Assembly (NCBI GenBank): GCA_016840855.1
Contig: JAEORO010000198.1
Span: 1 to 44,497 of the forward strand
Reading direction: 5' to 3'
Origin: Candidatus Thorarchaeota archaeon
Lineage (GTDB): Archaea > Asgardarchaeota > Thorarchaeia > Thorarchaeales > Thorarchaeaceae
Length of the DNA stretch: 44,497 nt
The notes beneath the pieces are model-generated. The model was not told where the DNA came from, searched no databases, and saw only the letters and a program-made list of their open reading frames with translations. Shown piece after piece: positions 9,262 through 18,153 of this stretch. The stretch's first letter is position 1; every line of letters starts with the position of its first letter. The translations under genes and the position numbers were made by a program.

Positions 9262-10956
9262 ATGATTCTAAATGCTGTACTCTTTGACCTATTGGGGTCT
9301 AAAGCATTAGCATCCATATCATTTAGTAAAGAGAAATTCGAAGACGAATTTCTCCAACACGTAGTTGATGCGTACTATCATCTTATGCAGGAAGACTCTG
9401 CTCGAGAATTTGTGACCACTAAGATCCAAGGAAACAGTACCTGTATCTGCAGAGTGAGCGAGGTCACAATCATTGTGGGTATTTCTGATGCTGATACAAT
9501 CCCTCCAGAAGACATTGAACGAATGAAAAGAATTCAAGAAGTGTCACGAAAGGAAATCAAACAATCATCAGTACGTGATTTCAAAGATGAGTTTTCAGAA
9601 TTTGCCGAAGAGCTCCTCAGAGAACGAATTAGAATTTGTTTCATCACTGGTGAGAACCCCTCATATGAGGACAAATCAGGAACTGCAGTTGATTTGATAC
9701 TTCAAGCTCGGAGTCGAAAAGGTCGATCCTATTCGAATTCGCTCCGAATAGGTCCATTTGGAGTAGAAGTAATGCGAGTTTCGCAAGAAGATATTACACG
9801 TGGTACATGGTCAGAGGACCTTTCAAGCGCTTCCCTATTTGTTTTAGTTATATCTCCGCCGCTTCCAACAGCTGATACAGTGGAACAGATTGTGATGAGA
9901 ATTCGGGAAGAGTCATCTGCAAAGCTAATAGTTGTTCCTGGTTCCGATAGCCAACTTGAGTTAGCTCGAGAATATGAAGAGCTATATGGATTGGAGCTCT
10001 CTGATGTGTCTTCAAAGCCAACGCACTTACTCCTTTCGTCAATGGCTATTGCTGGTTTTATGGATATGCACCCTGAATTAGCATACCAGCGATGGGATAT
10101 TGAAACATCGATTGACAAAGTTTCAACTAGCGAAGCACCCGTAGAGGAAGATGTAGGTCATCAGGCATTCTTTGTGGTAGATCGTCGGACTGGCGAAGCA
10201 GCATATAGCTACTATTATGAGGAACGGTCAAAATTACTGGAAATGGCTCCAAATATTGTGGCTGCAATCTCAGCCTTCAAATTCGATCCCAATAATCCTA
10301 CAGAGACCTCTGTGTTTAGAACAGGTGATTTGAATTACATCACTATAGAAAGGGGCCATTATGTTTACACATTAATTACAGGAACTCGTGTAGATGTTGA
10401 AGCTCTGAGGGAGAAATTCTCAGTCCTTCCTGATCTTTTCATGGATGAAGTGCCCGATTTGGTTGACGATCCAACAGATCTGTTTCGTTCACCACCTTTT
10501 ACTCTCAAGCTACTAGCAATACTTCCCCCTCAGTTAATACCAGCAAGAATGGCGCCTAAACAAAACAGAACACTACTTTGGGAACGGTTTGAAAATACAC
10601 CTCTAAGGGATTTTATCGAAGCTGTCTGGAATCGTCTTGATGGATCAATAACAATGTCTCTCTTAGCTCCTAGTAAGGGAACTGAGATGACTCTAGGTGC
10701 AATCCAACTTCTTCATAGAATGGGCGCTATTCATTTTGAGCTCAAGATTGGACCAGATGACATTCCAATATTACTAAAAGAACCAGACGATGAAGTATTA
10801 TCGCTCTACTCTCGTGTGGACAAAATCGTCAAACTAGTTAATGGGAAAAGGACTATTGTGAATATAGCAAAAGAACTTGGAATACAACCAAGTGTTTTGG
10901 TAACAGTCTTTGCTGAATTGCATAGACGTGACGTAATTTCGATTAAAGAAAGGTGA
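9262..10956 (+). CDS. Longin-like / pseudo-GTPase / longin-like / tandem wHTH protein (paralogue of 11062-13029)
   Basis: Collinear similarity by eye to the downstream GTPase gene along its length, but the G1, G3 and G4 motifs are absent. Confidence 0.7.
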   Translation: MILNAVLFDLLGSKALASISFSKEKFEDEFLQHVVDAYYHLMQEDSAREFVTTKIQGNSTCICRVSEVTIIVGISDADTIPPEDIERMKRIQEVSRKEIKQSSVRDFKDEFSEFAEELLRERIRICFITGENPSYEDKSGTAVDLILQARSRKGRSYSNSLRIGPFGVEVMRVSQEDITRGTWSEDLSSASLFVLVISPPLPTADTVEQIVMRIREESSAKLIVVPGSDSQLELAREYEELYGLELSDVSSKPTHLLLSSMAIAGFMDMHPELAYQRWDIETSIDKVSTSEAPVEEDVGHQAFFVVDRRTGEAAYSYYYEERSKLLEMAPNIVAAISAFKFDPNNPTETSVFRTGDLNYITIERGHYVYTLITGTRVDVEALREKFSVLPDLFMDEVPDLVDDPTDLFRSPPFTLKLLAILPPQLIPARMAPKQNRTLLWERFENTPLRDFIEAVWNRLDGSITMSLLAPSKGTEMTLGAIQLLHRMGAIHFELKIGPDDIPILLKEPDDEVLSLYSRVDKIVKLVNGKRTIVNIAKELGIQPSVLVTVFAELHRRDVISIKER

Positions 10957-11061
10957 TGCACGCACACATAAGGTTCATAGATGGAATTCAACATGAGAAA
11001 TGTAAGAAAAGTAGATAACTCATCACGAAATAACAAGATGATAGACAGAGTGTGATAACCA

Positions 11062-13029
11062 GTGATACACAACGTATTGTTGATAGAAAAGGCGAATGGT
11101 AACGTTGTGGTTAAGACTAGATTCTGGAAGATAGATTTCTTAGAACATGATATACATGATTTCTTAGCAGGTTATATGGATCTAAAGACAACCGAGGGTC
11201 TTGCTGAGGACACACCTGTCTTTGTTGCAGAGAAGCACAAGGTATTCCACGGATCTGTTGATGGAGACATGGTTCTTCTATTCGTTACAGATGGCCGTGA
11301 TGAGGACCGTGTGATTCAACATCGTGTGCGTGAGGGGGCTTCACGGATCTCTACAGCACTTCGAGGGAACAGTATTGGTTACATTCGAGATAACCTCGAT
11401 GATATCCTTGGTGAGCTCATCTTTACACGATTCAAGGTCAGCTTTGTGGGAAGCGGTGGTGTTGGAAAGAGCACCCTACTTAGACTCCTTTTTGGGAAAG
11501 AGCCTGCTCCTGGAGGTTATGTGCCCACTATCAATGTCGCGGTTGATTCATCTGAAACGATACAGTTTGGTACGTTCTTGGTCACTGTCTGGGACTTCGC
11601 TGGACAGGCTGTGTTCCAAGACCTCTGGAGTTTTTACTTCTCTGGGACAGATGTAATCTTTCTAATTACTGATTCAAGTTTCCGGAATGTCATGCAAACC
11701 AAGTCTCTCTTACGGAATATTCGTAAGGAAGCACCTGCAGTGCCGCTATTCATCATAGCCAATAAACAAGACCTTCCAGAGTCAATGAAAGCTGAGAAGA
11801 TCAAGCGTTTATTGGGTGCTCCGACCTTTGCTATGGTTGCCACAGACAAGTCGAGACGTGAAGAGTTCATCAGACTTATGTTAGAAGTCGCTGCAAAGAC
11901 AGTGGGAGTCACACTTCCTGACTTGCCAATTAGTGAAATGATCACAGTACGAAGAGGAACTCAGGAAATTGACCAGCCAGGTGCACAATCGGCAGCAGCT
12001 GCAACAACTCAGGAAACAGCTACTGAAACCGGATTTGAAACAGTGCCTTATGCGGATGGGAGCATAGAAGCAATAAGTGAAACTCCAATCCCAACAAATA
12101 CTCAAGCTGTGAAAATGGCTGAAGCCGCTGAAACGGAAGCTGAAACGCCAGCAGTGCAAAAGGCTGTAGCTAAGCAAATTTATGACAGATCAAAGATACT
12201 CCATCTCCTACTTATTGTACAGAAAGAGGGTATGCCTGATGTTGCTTTCCACTTAAAGTATGGAGATGATGAAATTGATACAAATGCAGTCGCTTCTCTG
12301 ATTTCTGCTCTAGACTCATTTGGTGGGATAGACGCTGAGCCTGCTGATGGATCTAGTGCTACAGATGCATTAGAAACCATAGAGCATGAAGGAAATCTTG
12401 TAATGGTCGAAAAATCAAAGCACTTTGTTCTGGCTCTGATTGTCACAAATGATAGTGAAGAAGATGAACAGAGAAGTATCATAACTTCACTCTTGTTTGA
12501 AATTGAGCAGAAATACGAAGATGTCTGGGACACTTGGAAGGGAGACGCGTCTGTTTTCGAGTCATCCGTCTTTAATGTTATTACTAGGTTACCAGTAAAG
12601 CCAATTAGCTTTGACTATATTATACGTGTACGTGAAGCTGGAAAGCCACTACCATTCAAGAATCGTGAAGTGGGACAGGCGATAGTGGCTGTCAAAAGCG
12701 CGATAGAAAGTAATGATACGATTGGTGGACTAGTCAGGAGTCTAGATTTGCCTCGTGAGACAGTACTTGGCTGTCTTCAAATAATGAATCAGTATGAATG
12801 GATAGATTTCCGAGTAGAAATTGGACCAACAAGCCACTTGAAGAAATTAGGCCAAGTAGACGAGGATACACAAAAAGCCTATGGAAATGTTGTCGTCAAG
12901 TTTGTTGATCTTTGTGATGGGACACTCCCGCTGCAAGATGTCGTTAAGAAACTCAATGTCAGTCTGCCAGCTATGAAGTTTGTGGCTACCAAACTCGTTC
13001 TCGATGGAGTCCTAGAAGTAGTTGCTTAA
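11062..13029 (+). CDS. Multidomain small GTPase (Arf/Rab-like) with longin-like domains and C-terminal tandem wHTH
   Basis: G1 GSGGVGKST, G2 YVPT, G3 WDFAGQ, G4 NKQD, G5 VAT; N-terminal MIHNVLLIEK.NG longin-like start; A/E/T-rich linker; second longin-like domain; DGTLPLQDVVKKLNV..KLVLDGVLEV wHTH. Confidence 0.9.
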   Translation: MIHNVLLIEKANGNVVVKTRFWKIDFLEHDIHDFLAGYMDLKTTEGLAEDTPVFVAEKHKVFHGSVDGDMVLLFVTDGRDEDRVIQHRVREGASRISTALRGNSIGYIRDNLDDILGELIFTRFKVSFVGSGGVGKSTLLRLLFGKEPAPGGYVPTINVAVDSSETIQFGTFLVTVWDFAGQAVFQDLWSFYFSGTDVIFLITDSSFRNVMQTKSLLRNIRKEAPAVPLFIIANKQDLPESMKAEKIKRLLGAPTFAMVATDKSRREEFIRLMLEVAAKTVGVTLPDLPISEMITVRRGTQEIDQPGAQSAAAATTQETATETGFETVPYADGSIEAISETPIPTNTQAVKMAEAAETEAETPAVQKAVAKQIYDRSKILHLLLIVQKEGMPDVAFHLKYGDDEIDTNAVASLISALDSFGGIDAEPADGSSATDALETIEHEGNLVMVEKSKHFVLALIVTNDSEEDEQRSIITSLLFEIEQKYEDVWDTWKGDASVFESSVFNVITRLPVKPISFDYIIRVREAGKPLPFKNREVGQAIVAVKSAIESNDTIGGLVRSLDLPRETVLGCLQIMNQYEWIDFRVEIGPTSHLKKLGQVDEDTQKAYGNVVVKFVDLCDGTLPLQDVVKKLNVSLPAMKFVATKLVLDGVLEVVA

Positions 13030-13032
13030 ATT

Positions 13033-15180
13033 TTAAGTTTCAATCACTATTCTCTGTCTATATTCAGGAATCATTATTCCCTTTGGAGCAACCTTCGTCG
13101 GGGTGTGAACCATGATTTTCTTTCCTGTACATGAGTTGATGAATGTTTGAAGATTTGTCGATGAAGAATGAGCACTAAGTCTAGCATAATCCATTTTGCA
13201 TTGATGAGGTTCGTAGCCGTGAAGAAGGTTCCAACCTGGCGTTCGTGGTGCTAGATATCCGCATAAGATCACTGCAGCCTTGGGATTGTTCCGTTCCTCG
13301 TTGAAATGGTGTCTTGCAAGGCCACCTCCCATCATGCCACCACCAGCTACAAGGACGTCGTCTTTATCGAGATGCACTTTATTCTTCTTGATGCTCTGCC
13401 AATGTCCTTGAACTCCAACAAGGTTAGTAATGTGTTCTGCAAGACCCGCTATCATTACATTCCGATTTTTAGTCACACCCAGATTTTCTAAAATCATGAG
13501 TATTTCTTGGGAACGACCTACTGCGAAGCTTGGAATAATAACTGGTCCAAATTCACTAGCAATTTGACTTATTGATTCATTCACTTGCGTTCGATTGAAA
13601 TCTTCTCTTCCCCAATAAGTGCCGTCGAAGATTACATAATCAGCATTCGTGGGGATAGTTGCACCAGGAAAGAGTACAGACTGGTCTAGGTTGAAATCTC
13701 CTGTATAGAGGATTTTTACACCTTCAATATCGATAGAATATGCAGCGCTGCCGGGGATGTGACAGGCTTCTATAGGAGTAACAACAATGCCTGACCCCAC
13801 CTCATTGCTTTTTCCAAATTCCAAGCGGACATGATTATCTGTAACTTTCTTTATGTTGTCTTCAGTGAAACGTGATATCAAATCCAGTTTATCGAATTTT
13901 CTAGGAGGAAACGGAGTTCCAACTTTGAGTGCATCAACAAGAAGTGCTTTGGCTATTCCTCCGGTTGATCCAACAGAACACCATTTTCCATTAAACGTAT
14001 CAAAAAGAACCGGTAGGCCTCCCAAGTGGTCGAGATGAGCATGACTCACTAGGACTGTGTCAATCATCTCAAGCTCTGGGGTCCATTCTGGAATCATGTG
14101 ATTTGATACAGACAAACCATAGTCAAGCAAAACACCCCCGGTGTCTGTCTTTATCAGAATTCCACTTCTCCCGATTTCTTGCCCTCCTAGAAATATGATC
14201 TCGATTTTTTTCGTCTTGCTTGAATAAGCAACTGAGGGGAGTAGTCCTATTCTAAGTTTCTGAGGGATCAGCTCAAATATCACTGGATCAATAGCTTCTC
14301 CCGGAGGTGGGTTTTCAAGCTCCTGCAAACGTACCGGCAAGACTGCATTCTTGTGACTCTGAAACTTGGATTTTTGAAAGTGCTTTTTCATCACTTCAAT
14401 TGATTCGCTCACACTCATATTCTGACTCACGAATTTTGATGCCTCGGAGTAGACATGTGTCTGTGCTACATTAAGAACCTCTGATAGCAATGCGTCTGGT
14501 GTCCATTCTCGGCATTGCTCCATGACCTCTAACAATGGTCTTCCTTCTACTGCTTCCTGCACATATTCTGGATGCCGAGTAAGTGCATCTACTAATCTGA
14601 AATCTTCTGAATCAAGAATTGAGTTTATATCAACTCCAAAATAATGACCTGCATTTGCAAGCAGTCGAGGGCTAAAAATTTGGGCTCCTAAATATTGAAG
14701 CCACCACCTAACTATTGACAATACATCTCTTGCTGTATCATGTTTAATAGCTGCTAGAAATACAAGCGCCCGCTGAAGCCACTCTTCAATCTGCTTTTGA
14801 TTCCGAATATGCCTTAGCGAGTATCTATAGAGAACTCTGAAATCTTCCTCATTGTAATTCCCAATAATAAACCCGTACAAGCATAAGGTCATTGCTTGAA
14901 TAATATCATTTGAAGTTGGATTATCACGTGCATCCCTGAAAATCTCCATCAAAATAGAATCAGCTGCCACTGCTTTCAAGAGGCCATCTGTTGGAATGGA
15001 GTTAGCCTTAGCAATTTCATATACTATGAACTCTCGAGATTCATCAAATGCTCCACTTCCATCAAGTATCTCCTTTCCTTTCTTCAGAAGTTCAATATCT
15101 GATGCGGCTTGATCGAGTATTTGCCTGATCGCCTTATTCTTTGTCTTTGGAATCCCTTTCAGTGTAGTCATTGTAATCAC
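13033..15180 (-). CDS. Beta-CASP metallo-beta-lactamase ribonuclease (aCPSF-like) with ~320-aa N-terminal extension
   Basis: FLGGQEIGRS, LLDYG, SHAHLDH, CHIPGS, YTGDF, DGTY, PSFAVGRSQE, SAHS and MVH motifs. Confidence 0.88.
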   Translation of the reverse strand: MITMTTLKGIPKTKNKAIRQILDQAASDIELLKKGKEILDGSGAFDESREFIVYEIAKANSIPTDGLLKAVAADSILMEIFRDARDNPTSNDIIQAMTLCLYGFIIGNYNEEDFRVLYRYSLRHIRNQKQIEEWLQRALVFLAAIKHDTARDVLSIVRWWLQYLGAQIFSPRLLANAGHYFGVDINSILDSEDFRLVDALTRHPEYVQEAVEGRPLLEVMEQCREWTPDALLSEVLNVAQTHVYSEASKFVSQNMSVSESIEVMKKHFQKSKFQSHKNAVLPVRLQELENPPPGEAIDPVIFELIPQKLRIGLLPSVAYSSKTKKIEIIFLGGQEIGRSGILIKTDTGGVLLDYGLSVSNHMIPEWTPELEMIDTVLVSHAHLDHLGGLPVLFDTFNGKWCSVGSTGGIAKALLVDALKVGTPFPPRKFDKLDLISRFTEDNIKKVTDNHVRLEFGKSNEVGSGIVVTPIEACHIPGSAAYSIDIEGVKILYTGDFNLDQSVLFPGATIPTNADYVIFDGTYWGREDFNRTQVNESISQIASEFGPVIIPSFAVGRSQEILMILENLGVTKNRNVMIAGLAEHITNLVGVQGHWQSIKKNKVHLDKDDVLVAGGGMMGGGLARHHFNEERNNPKAAVILCGYLAPRTPGWNLLHGYEPHQCKMDYARLSAHSSSTNLQTFINSCTGKKIMVHTPTKVAPKGIMIPEYRQRIVIET

Positions 15181-15216
15181 ATGATTTTGGCATTCGTTCT
15201 TCTAGGGGGCTCCTTC

Positions 15217-16269
15217 TTAGCCTTTATTGGTGACATGATATAGACCTTGTCTGCTATCTCTCAATGAGAGTTTCTTTCTAACCAGACCCTCACTCATTAA
15301 AAGTGAGATTGCATATCTTACAGTACGGGGCGGAAGCATTGTTTCTTCAATAATCTCTCTCTGACTGAGTTGTCCACGATATTCAAGAACCTTGAACACA
15401 AGTTTGGCACTTGGTGGCATTTCATGAGCAACATCTTCTGCTGTTTCAGTCTTTCGTAGAAGCTTGCCACGAAGCTCTTCAACGCGTTCCTCTGAGAATT
15501 TGACAAACATTGCGCTTGAGTCTGATTTCCTTATTCTGACTGGGTGACTATCGACCTTCCTCCTGAGTTGTCCATCAAGGACCGCCTCAATTGCTACAGA
15601 ACTGGTAAGGTCTCTAATCTCTACATTTAGATCGTCTGAAACTACTAAAGGTCGCCGTGCAGGATTGACACTATTCACAGGGATGATAGAAAACACAGGC
15701 GCAGAGGCTAATATGACTGGACCTCCTACACTGAGAGAGTATGCAGTACTTCCTGTAGGAGTAGCAATAATCAGTCCATCACTTCCGTCTTTCCAGAAAT
15801 GTTCCTCATCAATAAGCAGAGAATACCGAATTAGCGTTGCACTTCTCCGGGCAAAGATGCCAATATCGTTGAGGAGTGGTGGAGTATCTTTCCCTGAGAT
15901 CTCAGCAACTAGGCGTCGATGCTCCTCTTTTTTCCAATTATTCTCAAGAAGGTCTCCAATGATTCCATCGAAATTAGTTGTAGATATCTCAAAAAGAAAG
16001 TCTGGCTGTCCCTTTGATGCAAGGGGCAGCAATGGAATATCTGTCTGTCTAAGTTCAAGGAGTTTTCTAAGTAGAACTCTATCTGAACCCACTATTAACA
16101 GAACATCTACATCCATTTTTCTGATTGGGACACAATTATCTTCCTTATGAAATCCCGATAGCTTGTCTTCAACAACTAAATCTACGCCGCTCTTCGCTAA
16201 AATATCTAATACATACTTAGCATCTTCAAGCATGCTTGCTTCCGTTCCTGCAGCGACGCCAATTCTCGT
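15217..16269 (-). CDS. nadK: NAD kinase-like protein with C-terminal winged-helix DNA-binding domain
   Basis: LLND and DGLIIATPTGSTAYSLSVGGP; GSDR at the GGDG position; C-terminal MPPSAKLVFKVLE...SQREIIEET.LPPRTVRYAI wHTH. Start probably ACG at 16269 (track uses ATG 16233). Confidence 0.85.
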   Translation of the reverse strand, partial: TRIGVAAGTEASMLEDAKYVLDILAKSGVDLVVEDKLSGFHKEDNCVPIRKMDVDVLLIVGSDRVLLRKLLELRQTDIPLLPLASKGQPDFLFEISTTNFDGIIGDLLENNWKKEEHRRLVAEISGKDTPPLLNDIGIFARRSATLIRYSLLIDEEHFWKDGSDGLIIATPTGSTAYSLSVGGPVILASAPVFSIIPVNSVNPARRPLVVSDDLNVEIRDLTSSVAIEAVLDGQLRRKVDSHPVRIRKSDSSAMFVKFSEERVEELRGKLLRKTETAEDVAHEMPPSAKLVFKVLEYRGQLSQREIIEETMLPPRTVRYAISLLMSEGLVRKKLSLRDSRQGLYHVTNKG

Positions 16270-16275
16270 TTCTTA

Positions 16276-16282
16276 CACCTCC
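16276..16282 (-). promoter_or_regulatory. Shine-Dalgarno GGAGGTG for the NAD kinase-wHTH gene
   Basis: Strong SD match 6 nt upstream of the in-frame ACG. Confidence 0.7.
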
Positions 16283-16307
16283 ACTAATCTAACTCAAATC
16301 TTCAATT

Positions 16308-16395
16308 AATTCCAATGTACACTTAAATTGCACTGAAAGTTAGGCAAAAGTTGCCATCAGTAATTGCTGCTTGGAATAGATTGCCGATTGGAATT
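16308..16395. promoter_or_regulatory. Nested inverted repeats in the nadK/nadA divergent intergenic region (candidate operator or RNA structure)
   Basis: AATTCCAAT (16308-16) with ATTGGAATT (16387-95); ACTGA (16332-36) with TCAGT (16357-61); GGCAA-N3-TTGCC (16343-55). Confidence 0.4.
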
Positions 16396-16438
16396 TTATT
16401 AAAAGCATAAACAAGGGACCTTCTATACGGTGCATCTG

Positions 16439-17404
16439 ATGTCTAGTGACTGCAAAGCTCTGCAAGAGAAAATTATCAAACTGAAAAAGGAGCGGAAGGC
16501 TCTCATTCTTGCACATAACTACCAAATCATTGAGATACAGGAAATTGCAGATTATGTTGGAGACTCTCTTCAGCTGGCGCGTAAGTCTGCTGAAAGTCGT
16601 GGGTATGATATGATTATCTTTGCAGGTGTGAGATTCATGGCTGAGATGGCTGCAGTACTCTCTCCAACAGTACCCGTCTATATACCAGACCCAGGGGCTT
16701 TGTGTCCCTTGGCTGCATATATTGATGCAGAATCAGTTCGAAAGAAGAAGGAAGAATATCCAGACACACCCGTTGTTGTATATGTGAACACAACTGCTGA
16801 TACAAAAACTGAAACCGATGTCATCTGCACCTCAGGTAGTGCTGTTGAGGTTGTAGAATCACTCGGTGCTGACACTGTTCTTTTTGGACCTGACGCGAAC
16901 TTGGCTGAATATGTTCGAAGACACACTGATGTAAACATTATCGATATTGATTCTCGAGGTAGGTGTTATGTTCACAACATGTTCGATTTGAGTATGCTAC
17001 TTGAACTTAAGGAAAAGTATCCTGATGCAGTTGCCATCGCTCACCCTGAATGTCCAATAGAAGTCCAAGAGGCTGCAGATATGGTCGGTTCCACTGGGAT
17101 GATGGCGAAAACTGTCGCAGAGTCAGATGCAAAGATGTTCATTATTGCCACTGAAATGGGCATGGTTCATCAACTTCAGAAACAACATCCTGACAAGACA
17201 ATCATTCCTCTCTACGAAGGTGCGATCTGTCGCCAGATGAAGAAACATACCTTAGAAAAGATACTCGATGTTCTTGAGAATCTGCCAGAGGCTAATCTCG
17301 TGAAAGTACCCGAATATTCTGCACCTCACATTCGAGGTGTACTTGAAAGGATGAACAAAGTGAAAGGCCAAGGTCCTGCAAAGGCGGTAAGCGCAGAATC
17401 ATAA
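16439..17404 (+). CDS. nadA: Quinolinate synthase
   Basis: ILAHNYQ, VGDSLQLA, GVRFMAE, YVNT, HPEC, VGST; three 4Fe-4S cysteines (ALCPLA, RCYVH, AICRQMK). Confidence 0.97.
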   Translation: MSSDCKALQEKIIKLKKERKALILAHNYQIIEIQEIADYVGDSLQLARKSAESRGYDMIIFAGVRFMAEMAAVLSPTVPVYIPDPGALCPLAAYIDAESVRKKKEEYPDTPVVVYVNTTADTKTETDVICTSGSAVEVVESLGADTVLFGPDANLAEYVRRHTDVNIIDIDSRGRCYVHNMFDLSMLLELKEKYPDAVAIAHPECPIEVQEAADMVGSTGMMAKTVAESDAKMFIIATEMGMVHQLQKQHPDKTIIPLYEGAICRQMKKHTLEKILDVLENLPEANLVKVPEYSAPHIRGVLERMNKVKGQGPAKAVSAES

Positions 17405-17433
17405 TGTAACTCTTCTATAGGTTCTGAATAAGT

Positions 17434-18090
17434 CTAGCCTTGAAGAGTAATGATTTCTAGAATTTCAGAAAGACTAGTAACAACGTAATCTCTATGTCCT
17501 GCATCTCTAAAGTCTTTTTCAGAAAACAATCCAACAAGTCCAATAAAACTGCAAATTCCCTGAGTTCTCTCATAATCTTTCAAGGAGTCTCCGACAAATA
17601 CCATGTCATAGAAACTTATGTTGAATTCATCATGAATATAATTTAAGTGATGAACTCCTTTCTCAAAGCCTGGTCTGTAGCCTAGGATGTGCTTGAATAG
17701 CCCTTTAATTTCACGTTGCTTGAAGTACTCTTCAATAGTAGGCTGGAATGTGGATGAGGAAACAAAGATATCGAGTCCCATTTCCTTGAGCGCTTTAACA
17801 ACATTAATTGCGTCCGGAAAGAGATCCTGTTCAAAAATACGCTCTATTTTTAGTTGTTCAAACTCTTTGATTGCTTCATCATTCCTGGGGTCATCTGGAA
17901 AGTTGATCTTAATTTGATGCTCAAAAGGGAGGCCTGTAGTTGAAACATAGCGATCTGTTGCATCTTCTTTGGATATACCAAAGTGCTTCATCATCATCTC
18001 AACACCAATGCGTTGCAGAAATGGCATACTGTCAGCCAATGTCCCATCGAAATCTAAAACAACTGCACGGCATGGAAGTTTATTCACCAT
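17434..18090 (-). CDS. HAD superfamily hydrolase/phosphatase
   Basis: DFDGTLADS (motif I), VSSS (II), K (III), VGDSLKD (IV). Confidence 0.92.
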   Translation of the reverse strand: MVNKLPCRAVVLDFDGTLADSMPFLQRIGVEMMMKHFGISKEDATDRYVSTTGLPFEHQIKINFPDDPRNDEAIKEFEQLKIERIFEQDLFPDAINVVKALKEMGLDIFVSSSTFQPTIEEYFKQREIKGLFKHILGYRPGFEKGVHHLNYIHDEFNISFYDMVFVGDSLKDYERTQGICSFIGLVGLFSEKDFRDAGHRDYVVTSLSEILEIITLQG

Positions 18091-18153
18091 GAAACCATCT
18101 CAGGAATTTTCATTCTTTGTTACACTTTAGATGCTTTTGGTGTGGCATACAAA

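Noticed and set aside
9262-10956. Candidate cognate restriction endonuclease of the MTase pair
   Set aside because: No HNH or PD-(D/E)xK motif seen; the sequence is better explained as a paralogue of the adjacent GTPase.
16326-16365. Known NAD+ riboswitch (nadA motif) upstream of nadA
   Set aside because: No resemblance that I can support to the bacterial consensus, and the hairpin lies upstream of the likely nadA TATA box; kept only as an unexplained inverted repeat.
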